A DNA stretch of 64,000 nt from Diplonema japonicum. Its lineage: Eukaryota; Protista; Euglenozoa: Diplonemea. This document shows, one piece after another, positions 1 through 11,095 of the stretch (its first letter is position 1; every line of letters starts with the position of its first letter). Position numbers and translations under genes: made by a program. The notes under the pieces are model-generated. The model was not told the origin of the DNA, made no database searches, and saw nothing but the letters and a program-made list of their open reading frames with translations. The DNA is taken from the NCBI GenBank assembly GCA_964019335.1, contig OZ025668.1:124001-188000 (forward strand), written 5' to 3'.

Positions 1-850
1 CTTTAGCTTCCTTGTTGGTGAGCTTCTCGATGTCGAGGGCTTTGATGGTCTTGCGCACGGAACGGGATTCCGCTTTGAAGTGGTCGATGAGCTTCGCGAG
101 TTCGTCTTCACGCTTGTGAAGCTCCTGTGCCAGCTTGGCCTTCTCGGACTCTAGACGTGTTGAAGTGTTTCGTGAAACGGCCAGCTGAGCAGCATGATCT
201 TGTTGCTTGCTGATAGCTTCTCGCAACGCGGTGTCTCGTTCGTCCAGCCGAACTTGCATCCTAACGACCTCATCACGAAGGTCTAGTACTTCTCTGTCCT
301 TGCCTTGGATCTCGCCAGCGTAGCGATCTACCTCCCCCTCCAACCATTCTGTCTCCTCGATCTCTCTTTTCAGGTAGCTCTTCAGCACTGTATTATCCCT
401 CACAGTAACATTGAGCTCACCTTTCAGGGAGTCAATAGCATCCCGCCGACGGATCATGTCCTATCTGCAAGGGCGGTGAAAACAACAGAAGAAAAAAAAG
501 GGAGAGAAAAAAAAAAAAAAGAGAAAATGCTACAAACGTATGGGTAAATGCAAAAAAAAAAAAAAAAAAAAAAAAGCATGGGGAAGAAGGGAAAAGAGTG
601 TACTATACATTTCTTTTTTTTTTTTTTTTGTGTATTTTTCTGCCCTCCATTCTTTTTCAACCACCAAAAGAAACTGGCATCGTGTCTAGCTTTGTCTTGA
701 TTCCTGTTTTTTTTTTCTACCCTTTTTTTTCTTTCCTACCTTCATCCCAGCTGATATGGTGGAAGGTTTTGGGGTATCCCGGATAATGGTTTTGCGTACC
801 GAAGATGGTTGGGAGGGAGGTGACCACCTCATGGGCGGTTGGGAAGCCAT
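1..850 (-). CDS. Coiled-coil protein, 5' part (runs off the left edge); two exons inferred (850-740, 460-<1)
   Basis: Open frame from 460 to the edge (DMIRRRDAIDSLKGELN...EKAKLAQELHKREDELAKL) is heptad-rich. An upstream exon MASQPP...SAGMK joins in phase 0 through a GT (739) ... TAG (461) intron. The exon 1 assignment is tentative. Confidence 0.6.
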
Positions 851-999
851 CTACCTTCGCATACCTCCCAGTAACATGGAGAGGTGTTTTGATTCCCATT
901 CCTTTTTTTCTTTTTTTTTTTTTTAATACCTTTTTTTTCCCCTTTTTCTTTTAGAAGCACAATAAAACAAAACAAATAACAAAAAAAACAATAATAAAT

Positions 1000-1698
1000 C
1001 TAGAACACATCAGTAGAAGCGGACGATCGCCTCCTCCGTTCCCTCATCGAAACCCATGAGTACGACCCTTCTCTTTCTTTCTCATCATATGAAGGGGGGC
1101 AATAAGCAGCACTGACAGGGGTTAAAGGTTGGTGTTGAAGTCCAAGTGGTGAGTCAGCACCTTCTTCCATCGCTAAGAGCTCTAAAAGCAACCTTTTACG
1201 TTTAATATTACAAGGGGCTACTTGCGCTCGTGACACAGGGGGTGGGGGTGAATATTCCCTTGTAGGTCTTACAGATGTGCTTCCTTGCAACCGCTCGAAT
1301 GCCGCTTTCAGAGCAAGTGAAGAGCCCGACGACATTGGGTGGATCTCCACATTCTCATTAACTATGCTTATGGGATATGGGAGTTTTTCTGGGTCAACCA
1401 GGATGACAATCCCTACTAAAGATTCCATCGCGCCTCTTTGTTTGATGTTTTTCAAGGCTGTTGTGCTTGGCATGCCCAAGTCCCAGTAGTCGGTTGTCAC
1501 CATCCATGTGTTGTCGACAATCCATTCCCCGCCTCTCTTTTCTATCTTTGCTTTTAGATCACCCAGAGCCAGCTCTACCTTTAACTCCAAGCTTCTATTG
1601 TCTGCGGTATGCCCCTCCCACGGGAGGCCGCATTCAATGCAGCATGATGCTTCCCCAGGGTTGCTGTGGCCGCATTCCAAACATGCCCATTCTCGCAT
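1000..1698 (-). CDS. RanBP2-type zinc finger protein
   Basis: N-terminal W-x-C-x2-C-x3-N-x6-C-x2-C (WACLECGHSNPGEASCCIECG); 232-aa ORF. Confidence 0.75.
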   Translation of the reverse strand: MREWACLECGHSNPGEASCCIECGLPWEGHTADNRSLELKVELALGDLKAKIEKRGGEWIVDNTWMVTTDYWDLGMPSTTALKNIKQRGAMESLVGIVILVDPEKLPYPISIVNENVEIHPMSSGSSLALKAAFERLQGSTSVRPTREYSPPPPVSRAQVAPCNIKRKRLLLELLAMEEGADSPLGLQHQPLTPVSAAYCPPSYDEKEREGSYSWVSMRERRRRSSASTDVF

Positions 1699-2638
1699 TT
1701 TTTTTTTTAATTTTTTCTTTTATCTTTTTTTTTAAATTTTTCGTCCCCCTTTTTTTTCTTGTGGGCAGGGGCCTACGGGTGCTTCATTCTTTTTTTTTTT
1801 TTTTTTTTTTTTTTACCGAGACCTGATGGTCACTTGTGGGTCCTCCCATCACACTCCAGATGAGATGATGAAAATGGCTAGAGGGGAAATCCATTTTTTT
1901 GGACGGGAATGATTTGGCACGTGGGGGGGGGGGGGGGGGGGGATGGAAAAGAATAAAAATCTTTTTTTAAAAAAGAGAAAGGTGAAAAAAAAATAAGAAG
2001 AAAAAGAAAAAAAAAGAAGAAGAAAGGGCGGGGGGGGAAGCAAAAAAAAAAAATTGAAAAATAAAAAAGTTTGTAATTTTTTCATCAAAAAAACAAAGGA
2101 GGGGTGGGGGGAATTTTATGTGGCAAATAAAAAAAGGGGACATCAGGCTGTATTTATAACATTGGAGGGGGGGGGGGAGGGAAAAAAAAGAAAAGGCGCT
2201 GAATCTGGGGAAGGGGCGAGATATACACTGGTTTCTTTTTTTTTTTTCATCCTTTTTTTTTCTTCATTTTCTTTGCTAGAAGGAAGTCCTGAATCAGGTG
2301 GGGGATAAAGGAAGGAGGGGGGGGGGAAACAAATAAGAAAAGCGCCGCATGCCGACCATCTCTCCCTTCCCTCCTTTTTTTTCATTATTTTTCTCCCCCT
2401 CAAATTGCTCTTTACTACATGAAATTAATCTAAAAAAAAAAACACAAAGGGGTCAGAGAAAGGGAAAAGGCTTGTCGTGTTTAAGTTTCTCTGGTGCTTC
2501 CACCCCCCCATTTATTTTTCTCTTATTCCTCCAATACTGCCTACTTTTCCATCTTTTTCTTTTCCCTTGGTCGTGTTCTTTCTTTTCTTTCTTTCTGCTC
2601 TTTTCGTTCATATGGATTGGAGAGGATTAAAAGAAAAA

Positions 2639-2680
2639 GATGTCCTTGAAGGGAACCTGCAGTATGTGACAGGATCGCCT
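2639..2680. repeat. ~40-nt dispersed hairpin element, copy A (subtype 1)
   Basis: GATGTCCTTGAAGGGAACCTGCAGTATGTGACAGGATCGCC, near-identical to 37418-37458; flanks TAAAAGAAAAA / TAAAGAAAAA. Confidence 0.85.
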
Positions 2681-4631
2681 AAAGAAAAAGAAAATAAAAA
2701 ATGGGGGAAATGAAGAAAACGGGGGAAATACTCCCCGGGGGGGGAAAAAAAAAGAAGAAAAAAAAAAGAAAGAAAAAAGCAAAAGGTCTGTGTTTTTCTT
2801 TTTTTTTAAATCTCCCTCTTCTATTTTTTTTTTAAAAAGGAAGTTCAACTTGCCCCCTCTTTCCCCACCTTCCCCATTTCCTTCCCCCCTTTTTTTCGTG
2901 TACCTTCTTTTCCTTTTTCATTCTTTTCCAAAGAATATTGGGACTGGATCAAATATCTGCTGTCTAAAGAAGAGAAAGGGAAGAGAAAATAAAGTGTCCT
3001 GGGTATAGTACAGATTGGAACTTTTGACACCTTGCCTGTCTGTCACCCCCCCCCCTTTCCTCTCTCTCCTCTACATCTTAAACAAACCTTTTTGTCTTCG
3101 ACAAAAAAAGGGGGGGGGCCTTGGATGGATTTTGTAAGCCCTTTCTTTTTTCTTTATTCTTCTCCTGTTGTTTTTTGATGCCGTTTATGGTATTTTCTTT
3201 TTTCGACGCTTTTGAAAAAAAGAAAGGAGAAAGAAAGAAAAAGAAAAAAAAACAAAGGAATTCTTTTAAAAAAAGGGGGGGGCGGATTTTTCTTTTTGGA
3301 ACGCACTTCTTCAGGATTCTTTGTGGTCTTTTTTTTTCTTCTTTTTTTTCTTCTTCATTTTTTTTACCCCCTCCTTTTTCTTTTGGCAAATAGCAGAGAC
3401 CTGACCAAAGATAAAAAAAGGGGGGGTAAATGAAATATTGACCTTTTAAGACAAATCTTTCTGCACCATGTTGCGTCCCCTTGCCCCACCCCCTCCCCCA
3501 AAAAAAAGTGGGGAGGAGAACACGATAACGCTGATTCTCCCTCTTTTATTTATTCTTTTTTCTTTGCTTAGCCCACTCGGGGTTTGGAAAAACATGAATA
3601 GTCACGTACTCTGTACTGAAGACCAAGCCCGAAAAGATTTTGCGAGAGAAAAAAAAAAATAGAAGCACACTGCGACAGAAAAAAAAAGTAGGAAAAAAAA
3701 AAAAGTAGAGCAAATTAAAAGAAGGGAAAAAAAAAAAAAAAAAAAGAAAAAAAACATTATATCGCAAAAATCGAGACCCCGAAAACGAACAGCAACAACC
3801 CTTGCTTTTTTTTCTTTTCCCCCCGTTTCTTTTTTCTTCTTCTTTTTTTCTCTTGTCGCAGTAGTTCTAGAAAATAAAACAAAATAAAATAAAATAAAGG
3901 GGGGAAAATGTAAAATGGGGTGAGGAACCGGGCCATTTGTATAAAAAAAAACCCTTTTTTAAAAAAAAGGGGAATGAGGGGGTGGACCAATTGGTCCATG
4001 TCATCGCTGCACTTACAAAGAGAGAAAGGAAAAAAAAAAGAGAAGGGGGAGGGGCTATGTCTAATTCTATCTTCGTTTCCCCCCCCTCCTAGAGTGCTGA
4101 TAACAAAACAAAAGTCTTACCCCTCAGAGTAACCCCTCATTATTTCCCTTTTTCTTTTCCCGTTGTTTTGATTAAAAAAACCGCTCCTTGTCTTATTTAC
4201 CTCCATAGCGAAAAGCTTTTCTCTTTGTTTTCTTTTTTTTTTTTTTTTTTTTTTTCAAGAATAAATAAAACTTGGTGCGTGAGGTGGGGAGAAAAAAAAT
4301 ATTGCCACATTAAAAAAAAACGGGGAGGGAGGGGGGGGGGGGGGGGGGGGGGGTTGCTCTCTTTCGTTTTTTTTAAAAAAGAAATATCGGAAAAGAAGGG
4401 GGAAGGGGAAAGTAAGGGAGACATAGGGGGCTCAGTTTTTCTTAAAAATTCTTTTTTCTTCTTACTCCCCCCATCCCTTCTTCTTGGGGATCAGCTTTTT
4501 TTTCTTTCTGTTTTTTTAAAAAAAAAAACATTTTGATAAGTTTTTTTTTTTCCCCTCATTTTTTTTTTTCAATTTTCTTTTTTTTTTTTTTGCCTAGAAT
4601 AAAAAAGGAAAATAATAAAACTATTCATTTT

Positions 4632-7600
4632 CTAGCTGACGCTCTTGAACTGCTTGTCGTTCTTCCTGTTGGGTTTCTTTCCACCTGCCTTAGGGGCTTG
4701 CTGTATGTGAAAATTCAAAGATACTACAAAGGTCATGAAGACCTATTCTCATCACACCTGCGCTGGCGGCGTCACTGGCTGCGAAGACGCACTAGGGTTA
4801 GTATAAGTGGGTGTCGTGGTGAATTGAGTCTGCGACATGTTCGGGGGAGTGGAGGGGGTGCCTGACTGTGCTTGGATCTGCGCGTTCAGTTCCTGTGGAG
4901 ATACATGTGATGCTGAAGGACAGCACATACCCTGTACCCTCCAGTGCCCGGGGGGTTGACTTGCGCTACCTGCGGGTTAACCGAGTACTGCATGGTCTCT
5001 GCAATGGCCCCTGGTGGCTGCGATCCTCTGTTCGAGTAGTTCTGCTGGTAGAACACCTGCTGCCCCTGAGCGTACTGCGGCTGGTTCGCAGGGAACCCCC
5101 CTGCGTAAGGGTGCGGCGGGTTCTGCTGGAACGTCTGCTGGTGCGGCACCGGCGCTTGATACATCGAGTGCTGGTGCTGGTGCTGATGTTGGTGCTGATG
5201 CTGGTGCTGATGTTGGTGCTGATGTTGATGTTGATGCTGGTGCTGGTGCTGGTGCATTTGCGGCTGGTACTGCTGCATCTGGTGCTGATGCTGGTGCTGG
5301 TGCTGGTGCTGGTGTTGATGTTGATGCTGATGCTGGTGCATTTGAGACCCCTGCATCTGGTGCTGATGCTGGTGTTGATGCTGATGTTGGTGCTGTCCTT
5401 GATGTTGGAGCTGCTGCTGGTACTGCTGGTGTTGGTGTTGATGTTGGTGCTGGTGCTGGTGCTGCATCATGTGCTGCTGCTGGGGTTGTATGAGCCCTTG
5501 CTGCATTTGTGGCTGGTGCTGCTGCATCATATGGGGTTGCATCTGCTGAGGGAACTGCTGGTGCTGGTGTTGATGCTGGTGCTGGTGCTGGTGTTGCATC
5601 ATTTGGGTCTGGTAGCCACCTTGAGGCTGTTGCAAGTGCGGCTGCGGGTGTGCTTGCACGGGCTGCCCAGGTTGCCCTGCTTGCGGCTGCGGTTGCGGCT
5701 GCGGCTGTTGTTGCTGTGGCTGTTGCTGCTGTGGCGGTTGCTGTTGAGGCTGCTGTTGCTGTTGAGGCGGCTGCTGCTGAGGCTGCTGTTGCTGAGGTTG
5801 CTGCTGGTACGCGTAGTTCCCTGTCTGTGGGTACTGGTAACCCTGACCCGGGGGCTGTCCGATCCTAGACGGCTGCCCCGGCATGCTGGCTGCTGGTCGC
5901 AGAGGCTGCGAGCTCTGCTGCGGAAGTGTCTGTCCGTGCACGCCTTTGCTCATGTTTGTGGACCTGTTCAGCCCAGTTCCGCATTCTTCGTCCTCCTCGT
6001 CCCAGTAGTAGTCGTCACCCTGCCACTCGTGCGTGAACGAGTCGGCATCCCCCGGAATAGGGAGAGGCCCAGTCTTGCCAGCCTCCTGTGCTTTGTCGCG
6101 TGACTTCACCCTGTCGTAGATGGCGTTGGCAATGATCTGCGCGATGAACCTCGTGTCCCTCTGCTTGCCGTCCTCCAACACGGGGCACCACACAGGCTCC
6201 GGCGCAGGCTCAAAAGGCTTCGCAACGCTTGGGGCCTCTTTGTTCTTCTCGTCCTCACTTCCACCGTAGGGCGTCGCGTTTGGGTTCAGAGATGCTGCAG
6301 AGGGCTCTTCCTTCGGCTGCTCTGGCTTGGCGGTGGTAGCGCTTGCGGCAGGTGCCTGCGGCACAGCCTTCTCGGTGCCGTTGCCCGACGCTTCCTTCTT
6401 CTTCTGCAGCACCTTGTCCAACCGCTCGCCGTCCTGTGTGACAATGTAACGGGTAGAGTGGAGCATACCTTTTTGAATGCCAGGATCTCTTGCTTCCTAG
6501 AGACGGGGGGTGTCTCGGTGACCTGTGGGCGTGAAGGGGTAAGACATGAATACCTGGCGTGGGAGGTTGGGAGATTGCTTGAGGATGCTTGTCCCCGTGA
6601 GCTGCTTGACTGTTGCCGGCTTAGGGTTCACCTGCCTTTTGTTCGGATCAACAGCGAGTACTGCAGTAGATGGTGCCGCAGCCTTGGGTGCTGGCTTTGG
6701 CTGTGCCGCTTGGGGCACCACAGGCTGGGGCATCTGCTGTGCCTGCGGTGAGGTTGGCTGAGCTGCTACAGGCTGCGGGGGAGGAGGAGATGGCTGCTGG
6801 CCTTCATTGTAGCAGTCAGCAGGCAGAACGGCACCACCTAGAGGTGTTGCCCCGCCGTCTTGGCGTACCTGCAGAGGTCTTAACTCTTAAGCAAATATGA
6901 CATACTTGAAGCGGGCCTTCTTGCCTGTACTGTGGCAGCTGGGGAGGTGCTTGTGTGAGCACGTGAGGGTTTAGAGTCGTCTGTACTGGTTGTTGTGGTT
7001 GTGCCTGGCCATTTGCCGCTTGTTCCTAGATAAAGAATAAAGTTATAATAATTAATTGTGAATCGGACACACCTGGATTTCACCCTCTTTGCCACGCAGA
7101 TGAGGAGGGATGTAAGAGGACTGTGCGCCGCCAGCACCGAGGAGTTCTCTTGCTCCAGCGCATCGCTTTTGGTACTGTTGCTGGGAGACGGGGTCGGAAT
7201 CCCGAATGACTGCGGAGTGGAGGGCCTCTTCGTCAAAGTCGTCAGCCCAGTCGCCGCACTCGGCGATCGAGTCGTACTTGCCACCCCTGCCGCTAACGCC
7301 CTTTTCGATCTCCTTTGCTTTCTTCTCGGCCTCTGCCCTCTGCTCGTCTGTGAGCTTCGACTTGTCCAGCTTCGTGGTGTAGAACTCTTCACTGTACGTC
7401 GACTTCAACCCGAACTTCTCTTCGTTTGTTTTAAACTGGTCGAACTCGCCTGCCGTGTAACCTTTCTCATTCAGCATCATCGTCTTATCATCCTCGCCCC
7501 CTGACCATTTCACCAGCTCTCGCTCTTGCCCGAAGTTCCCTCCTCCTTCATGCATCGTATTGTTCTCCACCATCAACTGCACATCCGCACACGACACCTT

Positions 7601-7858
7601 CATCACCTTGTCCGACTTCAGTTCTATCGACTCTTTTGTTTGTATCCTTTCCGAACCGCTCACCTTCTTGCTGATCTTTCTTCGTGCGAACGCGAGCTCC
7701 AAGCTCATGCCGGCGTTCTCCTTTTTCTTCTGCAGCAGCCCTTCAACTACCGTCCCATCCAGCATCTCCACCTGAACAACTTGCCCTACTAGATTTTGCC
7801 ACAACCATTGTATGCGGGAGGCTCCGTCCGCCCCGTCACCTTTCTTCTGAGCCGTCAT
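4632..7858 (-). CDS. ATXN2: Ataxin-2/Pbp1 family RNA-binding protein (LSm, LsmAD, PAM2, Q/HQ-rich tail), multi-exon
   Basis: LSm (LVGQVVQVEMLDGTVVEG), LsmAD (FDQFKTNEEKFGLKSTYSEEFYTTKLD...AEKKAKEIE), PAM2-like SLNPNATPY. Frames join through short GT-AG introns (7072-7026, possibly 6905-6879, then ones of about 31, 35, 38 and 57 nt) to a TAG at 4634-4632. Confidence 0.9.
5168..5600 (-). repeat. Coding (CAY-CAR)n His-Gln dipeptide repeat blocks inside Ataxin-2
   Basis: Translation shows several (HQ)n runs; the plus strand reads (TGCTGG/TGTTGA)n. Confidence 0.95.
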
Positions 7859-7970
7859 GTCTACCCCTGCTAGGTGGTGGGGTGGGAATATTAATTTAAT
7901 TTTGCATGGTTTATCTCAAGAAAAAAAAAAGAACGAAAAGATAAAGAAGGCCATTGTCAGTGGGGTAGGA

Positions 7971-9989
7971 TCACGTCCAATCTTCTTCACTTCCATCTTC
8001 GCACGGTTGCTGCGCTTCTTCTGACGACATTGGCGCGTCGTGGTCAGCACTGTAGAGCCGGGAGAAGAGCCCTGTCTGTGCAGGCTGTGCAGGGGAAGGC
8101 GATGCTGACTGCAACGAGTACACAGACCCACCGAACTCTTCAATGAAGGACACCACACACTGCACTACTCCGTCGAAGCACGGTAGTGCTGTGCTCGGCA
8201 GTATGTACGTCAGCACATGCTGCTCAATGGACATGAAGCACGCTGCGAGCACAACCTTTGCTATAGATCCAGAGCCAAATGTCTTGTAGTAGGTGCACAG
8301 GTACCTTGCCCTCTGTAGTAGGGGGTGTATCCTCATCACGTTCTCCACATGGGTCCCCCTGAGTGCCACAACAGGCGAGGCGAGGAATCCTGACAAGCAC
8401 TTCACCAATGAGGCCTGTGCTCTGCTTAGCGTGTCGGAGGCAACAGCAAAGCCGTCTGAGTTGCAGAATGCAGGATTGACCAGCCATGACCCGATGCACT
8501 CCAACAAGTACGCTGTGCTGTTCAACGCGATGATGACCTGCAGGAGGTTCGAGGGACACTCCTCAAGGCTGCTTGGAGCGGTTAGCTTCAAGTTCGTCGC
8601 GTCCTCAGCGCACGACGCAACCCTCTCTAGGCTGCTGTTGAACAGTGCCACCACAAACTGCTCGGTCACATCCTCAGGCAGCCGTGCACGGCCAAGCTTC
8701 TTCGCAACGGCATTCAACGCGAGGAACAGGTCAACAGCACCCTTACCTGCTTTCCACTCGTCGTACTTCAGCAGGTACTTCGGGGTGTTAGGCAGCCAGC
8801 AACCCTCACCCCAGACGGATGTTGTTAACACGTCGTTGAGCTTTGTCTTCTCGATGTCAATCCACAGATCAGCAAGCGGTGGGGTTAGCAAATGTCTGCA
8901 GAGCCCCTTGTCCTGTGGAATGGGAAGGCTGCTCATGCCTTCTTCGAAGTTGATGGCCTCTGTGAGTGTGTAGTAAAAAAAGCTGTCCTGTTCGGAGTGC
9001 TCGCTGACAGCAGATGCGAGCCATGCGCCCAGCAGGGACAGCACGACGGTGAAGAAATCGTCGTAGAAAACATGGTCGGGGTGCGAGGCGCCCACCAAGT
9101 GCTTCATCACCGCCCAGTGGTTTTGCATAACCTTGAGACAGTAGTGTAACACCCATTCGGGTTTTGTTTTGTCTGCGGTGGGGAGCGAGCCTTCGAAGTG
9201 GTGCGTGAAGACACTGCTGAAAGGCGTGGTGAAGAGCACGGTGGGATTACGCTGATTCTCGTCCTTGTGGAGGGTGGAGGCAATCTTCCATAACTCGCAG
9301 AACCGTGTGGTTATAGAAGTGCATTCGTAGGCTGCTTCCTGCACTTCGAAGAGGGGGAAGTCCTTGATCTCTTGAGCAAGAGCAGTGTGCACGAGCTCGG
9401 AGAGTTCACAGACAGCCTTTCTGTGTGCTGCGAGGTATGTCTTTTGCTCTTCTTCGTCCATATTGTTGATGAGCTGTCTGTTTGCGTTCAGCATGTAGTA
9501 AGCGTCTTGTTCCCCGCCCTTCGCGGCTAGTAGCTTTTGTATCTCTTTTTCGTTGCTTTGGACGCAAGAACCTTGTTCTTGTTCCACCCCTTGGTACATC
9601 AAGACAAGGTGTTTTATCTTCTTCACTGCTTCCTTCATATTCCCCAACACCTTATCAGGACACTTTCCCACTTCGTCTTCAAGCTGTGTAAGCTGTGCGT
9701 AAAGAGGCCAGTGTGCACGTCGGCATACCATGCACTTCGAGCAGAGCATATATTCACAATAATCGCAGGCCTCGCCGCTCGTGTCCATTTGACCTGGACA
9801 CTCGTCGCAGGTCCACTTGGGTGCCCTCACCTTTCGAACCTGACTCAGCTGTCCGGCACATGATGGTGATGGGCATCGACTGGCTTTTTCTTTAAGCTCT
9901 CTTATAGCGTCCTTGCTGAGCTCAATCCCCTTTTGGTCATGGGTGGGGACACCATTGGCATCGAAAGCAGAGTACTTATCGTTTTGCAT
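7971..9989 (-). CDS. RINT1/TIP20 family vesicle-tethering protein with an N-terminal CysRS-C-terminal-like module and Cys-rich Zn finger
   Basis: FTHHFEGSLPTADKTKPEWVLHY matches the RINT1/Tip20 F-x-Y/H-H-F...T...KPEW motif; downstream INFEE and W-I-D-I-E-K also fit. Likely start MQNDKY at 9989. Confidence 0.75.
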   Translation of the reverse strand: MQNDKYSAFDANGVPTHDQKGIELSKDAIRELKEKASRCPSPSCAGQLSQVRKVRAPKWTCDECPGQMDTSGEACDYCEYMLCSKCMVCRRAHWPLYAQLTQLEDEVGKCPDKVLGNMKEAVKKIKHLVLMYQGVEQEQGSCVQSNEKEIQKLLAAKGGEQDAYYMLNANRQLINNMDEEEQKTYLAAHRKAVCELSELVHTALAQEIKDFPLFEVQEAAYECTSITTRFCELWKIASTLHKDENQRNPTVLFTTPFSSVFTHHFEGSLPTADKTKPEWVLHYCLKVMQNHWAVMKHLVGASHPDHVFYDDFFTVVLSLLGAWLASAVSEHSEQDSFFYYTLTEAINFEEGMSSLPIPQDKGLCRHLLTPPLADLWIDIEKTKLNDVLTTSVWGEGCWLPNTPKYLLKYDEWKAGKGAVDLFLALNAVAKKLGRARLPEDVTEQFVVALFNSSLERVASCAEDATNLKLTAPSSLEECPSNLLQVIIALNSTAYLLECIGSWLVNPAFCNSDGFAVASDTLSRAQASLVKCLSGFLASPVVALRGTHVENVMRIHPLLQRARYLCTYYKTFGSGSIAKVVLAACFMSIEQHVLTYILPSTALPCFDGVVQCVVSFIEEFGGSVYSLQSASPSPAQPAQTGLFSRLYSADHDAPMSSEEAQQPCEDGSEEDWT

Positions 9990-10084
9990 CTCCTTTTTTT
10001 TTCTTCCCTTAGCTGCTCTCAGTTTATTGGACAAGCAAAAGAAAAGAGTTCGCAAAAGCTTTCTTTCACAAAAATCTAAAAATA

Positions 10085-11095
10085 AAAGAGATGAGATAAA
10101 GGAGGTTCCTGTTTTGGAACGTCCCCCTTGTCTCTACTTATCTACCCCTTTCTCCCTTCTGGGGCCTCGGCCTTTCTTTCTTTTTTGGCTGTGTTGCCTT
10201 CCTCAAAGTATCCTCCCTTTCTTCTTGCCACTTTCTGCCCAGTTTCTTAAGGTCCTTCTTGGTTTTCTCTGATGCAAAAACTGGCCTTCTGTTCCATCCC
10301 AGACTCTTCTTCGCACCTATGGTTCTAAGCGCGTGGTTCTTCTGGCTCTCCGCTGGGAAGATCCGCTTGCCTCTGACCTTCTTCTGTATGCGTGCTGTGT
10401 CCCACCCCTCTTGGATTCTTTCCAGGAGGCCGTGGAAACTCCGCGCTTTCTTCTGTATCATGTCTAGATCACCCTTCTTCCCCGTGATCGGCTCGACGCC
10501 CAGCGTGTTCTCGAAGTCTAGTACGAGTTCCATTGTGGTGACTGTCGTCTTCCTCGGTCCATCGTACCACTTCAGCTTTTTGAGCCACTTGACGATGTCT
10601 TCACCGTGCTTCATCATCAGGCTCCCGCTCACATGCTTCCTCAGCTCCTTCCATTCAGGTGGCGCATGAGCGTTTCCTTCCGTTACCTGTTCCCAGGGGT
10701 GCGTCGTGTACGTTTCTAGCTTTCTCTTGTCCTGGAGAAGCTGGTCCCGTTTTGCCACCACTTCCAGCAGGTAGTATTGCGTCTTCCTCAGCCGGTGTTG
10801 GTGTGTTCGGTGACCACGCGGGAGCGTTCCATGTAGCTGCATGCAGATTGGCATTTCCGTCTTGCTGGCCACTACTTCTGCATGTACTTCCTTCTGTTGC
10901 ACCTCCTTCGCCACACTGCATTCCCATAATGCGTGTCGCAGCATGTTGCTCTCGTCCTCCTCCGCACCGCACGCGTCGCATGTGACTTCGTCTGTTGTTG
11001 GTCTCTTGTTCACACGCTCGTGTGTCTCGTCCCCTTCCTCTTCCGAGCTGTCCTCGCTTTCGCTCTGCTCGCCCTCTGGGGGTGGTACCCGTCTA
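10085..11095 (-). mobile_element. 3' fragment of a non-LTR retrotransposon (LINE): zf-RVT-like C-terminal ORF plus 3' UTR
   Basis: CDAC...LRHALWEC CCHC knuckle and WLKKLKW...TMELVLDFE. The last codons and 3' UTR (ACAAGGGGGACGT...CCTCCTTTATCTCAT) are homologous to the end of the APE-bearing element at 52478-53235. Confidence 0.8.

Noticed and set aside
2650-2678. Resemblance of the 40-nt element to the 18S rRNA 3' end (GAACCTGC...AGGATC) or to an SL RNA exon plus GT donor
   Set aside because: The match is short and gapped with no flanking rRNA. It does not resemble known euglenozoan SL sequences, and there is no room for an SL intron or Sm site.
3984-3999. Perfect palindrome TGGACCAATTGGTCCA
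   Set aside because: Single occurrence with no supporting context.
1700-4630. Many 60-140-aa Phe/Lys/Pro/Gly-rich ORFs in intergenic tracts
   Set aside because: Translations of homopolymer runs.
4868-6103. 411-aa plus-strand Leu/Val-rich ORF and an overlapping GA-repeat ORF
   Set aside because: Antisense shadows of the Q/HQ codon repeats of Ataxin-2.
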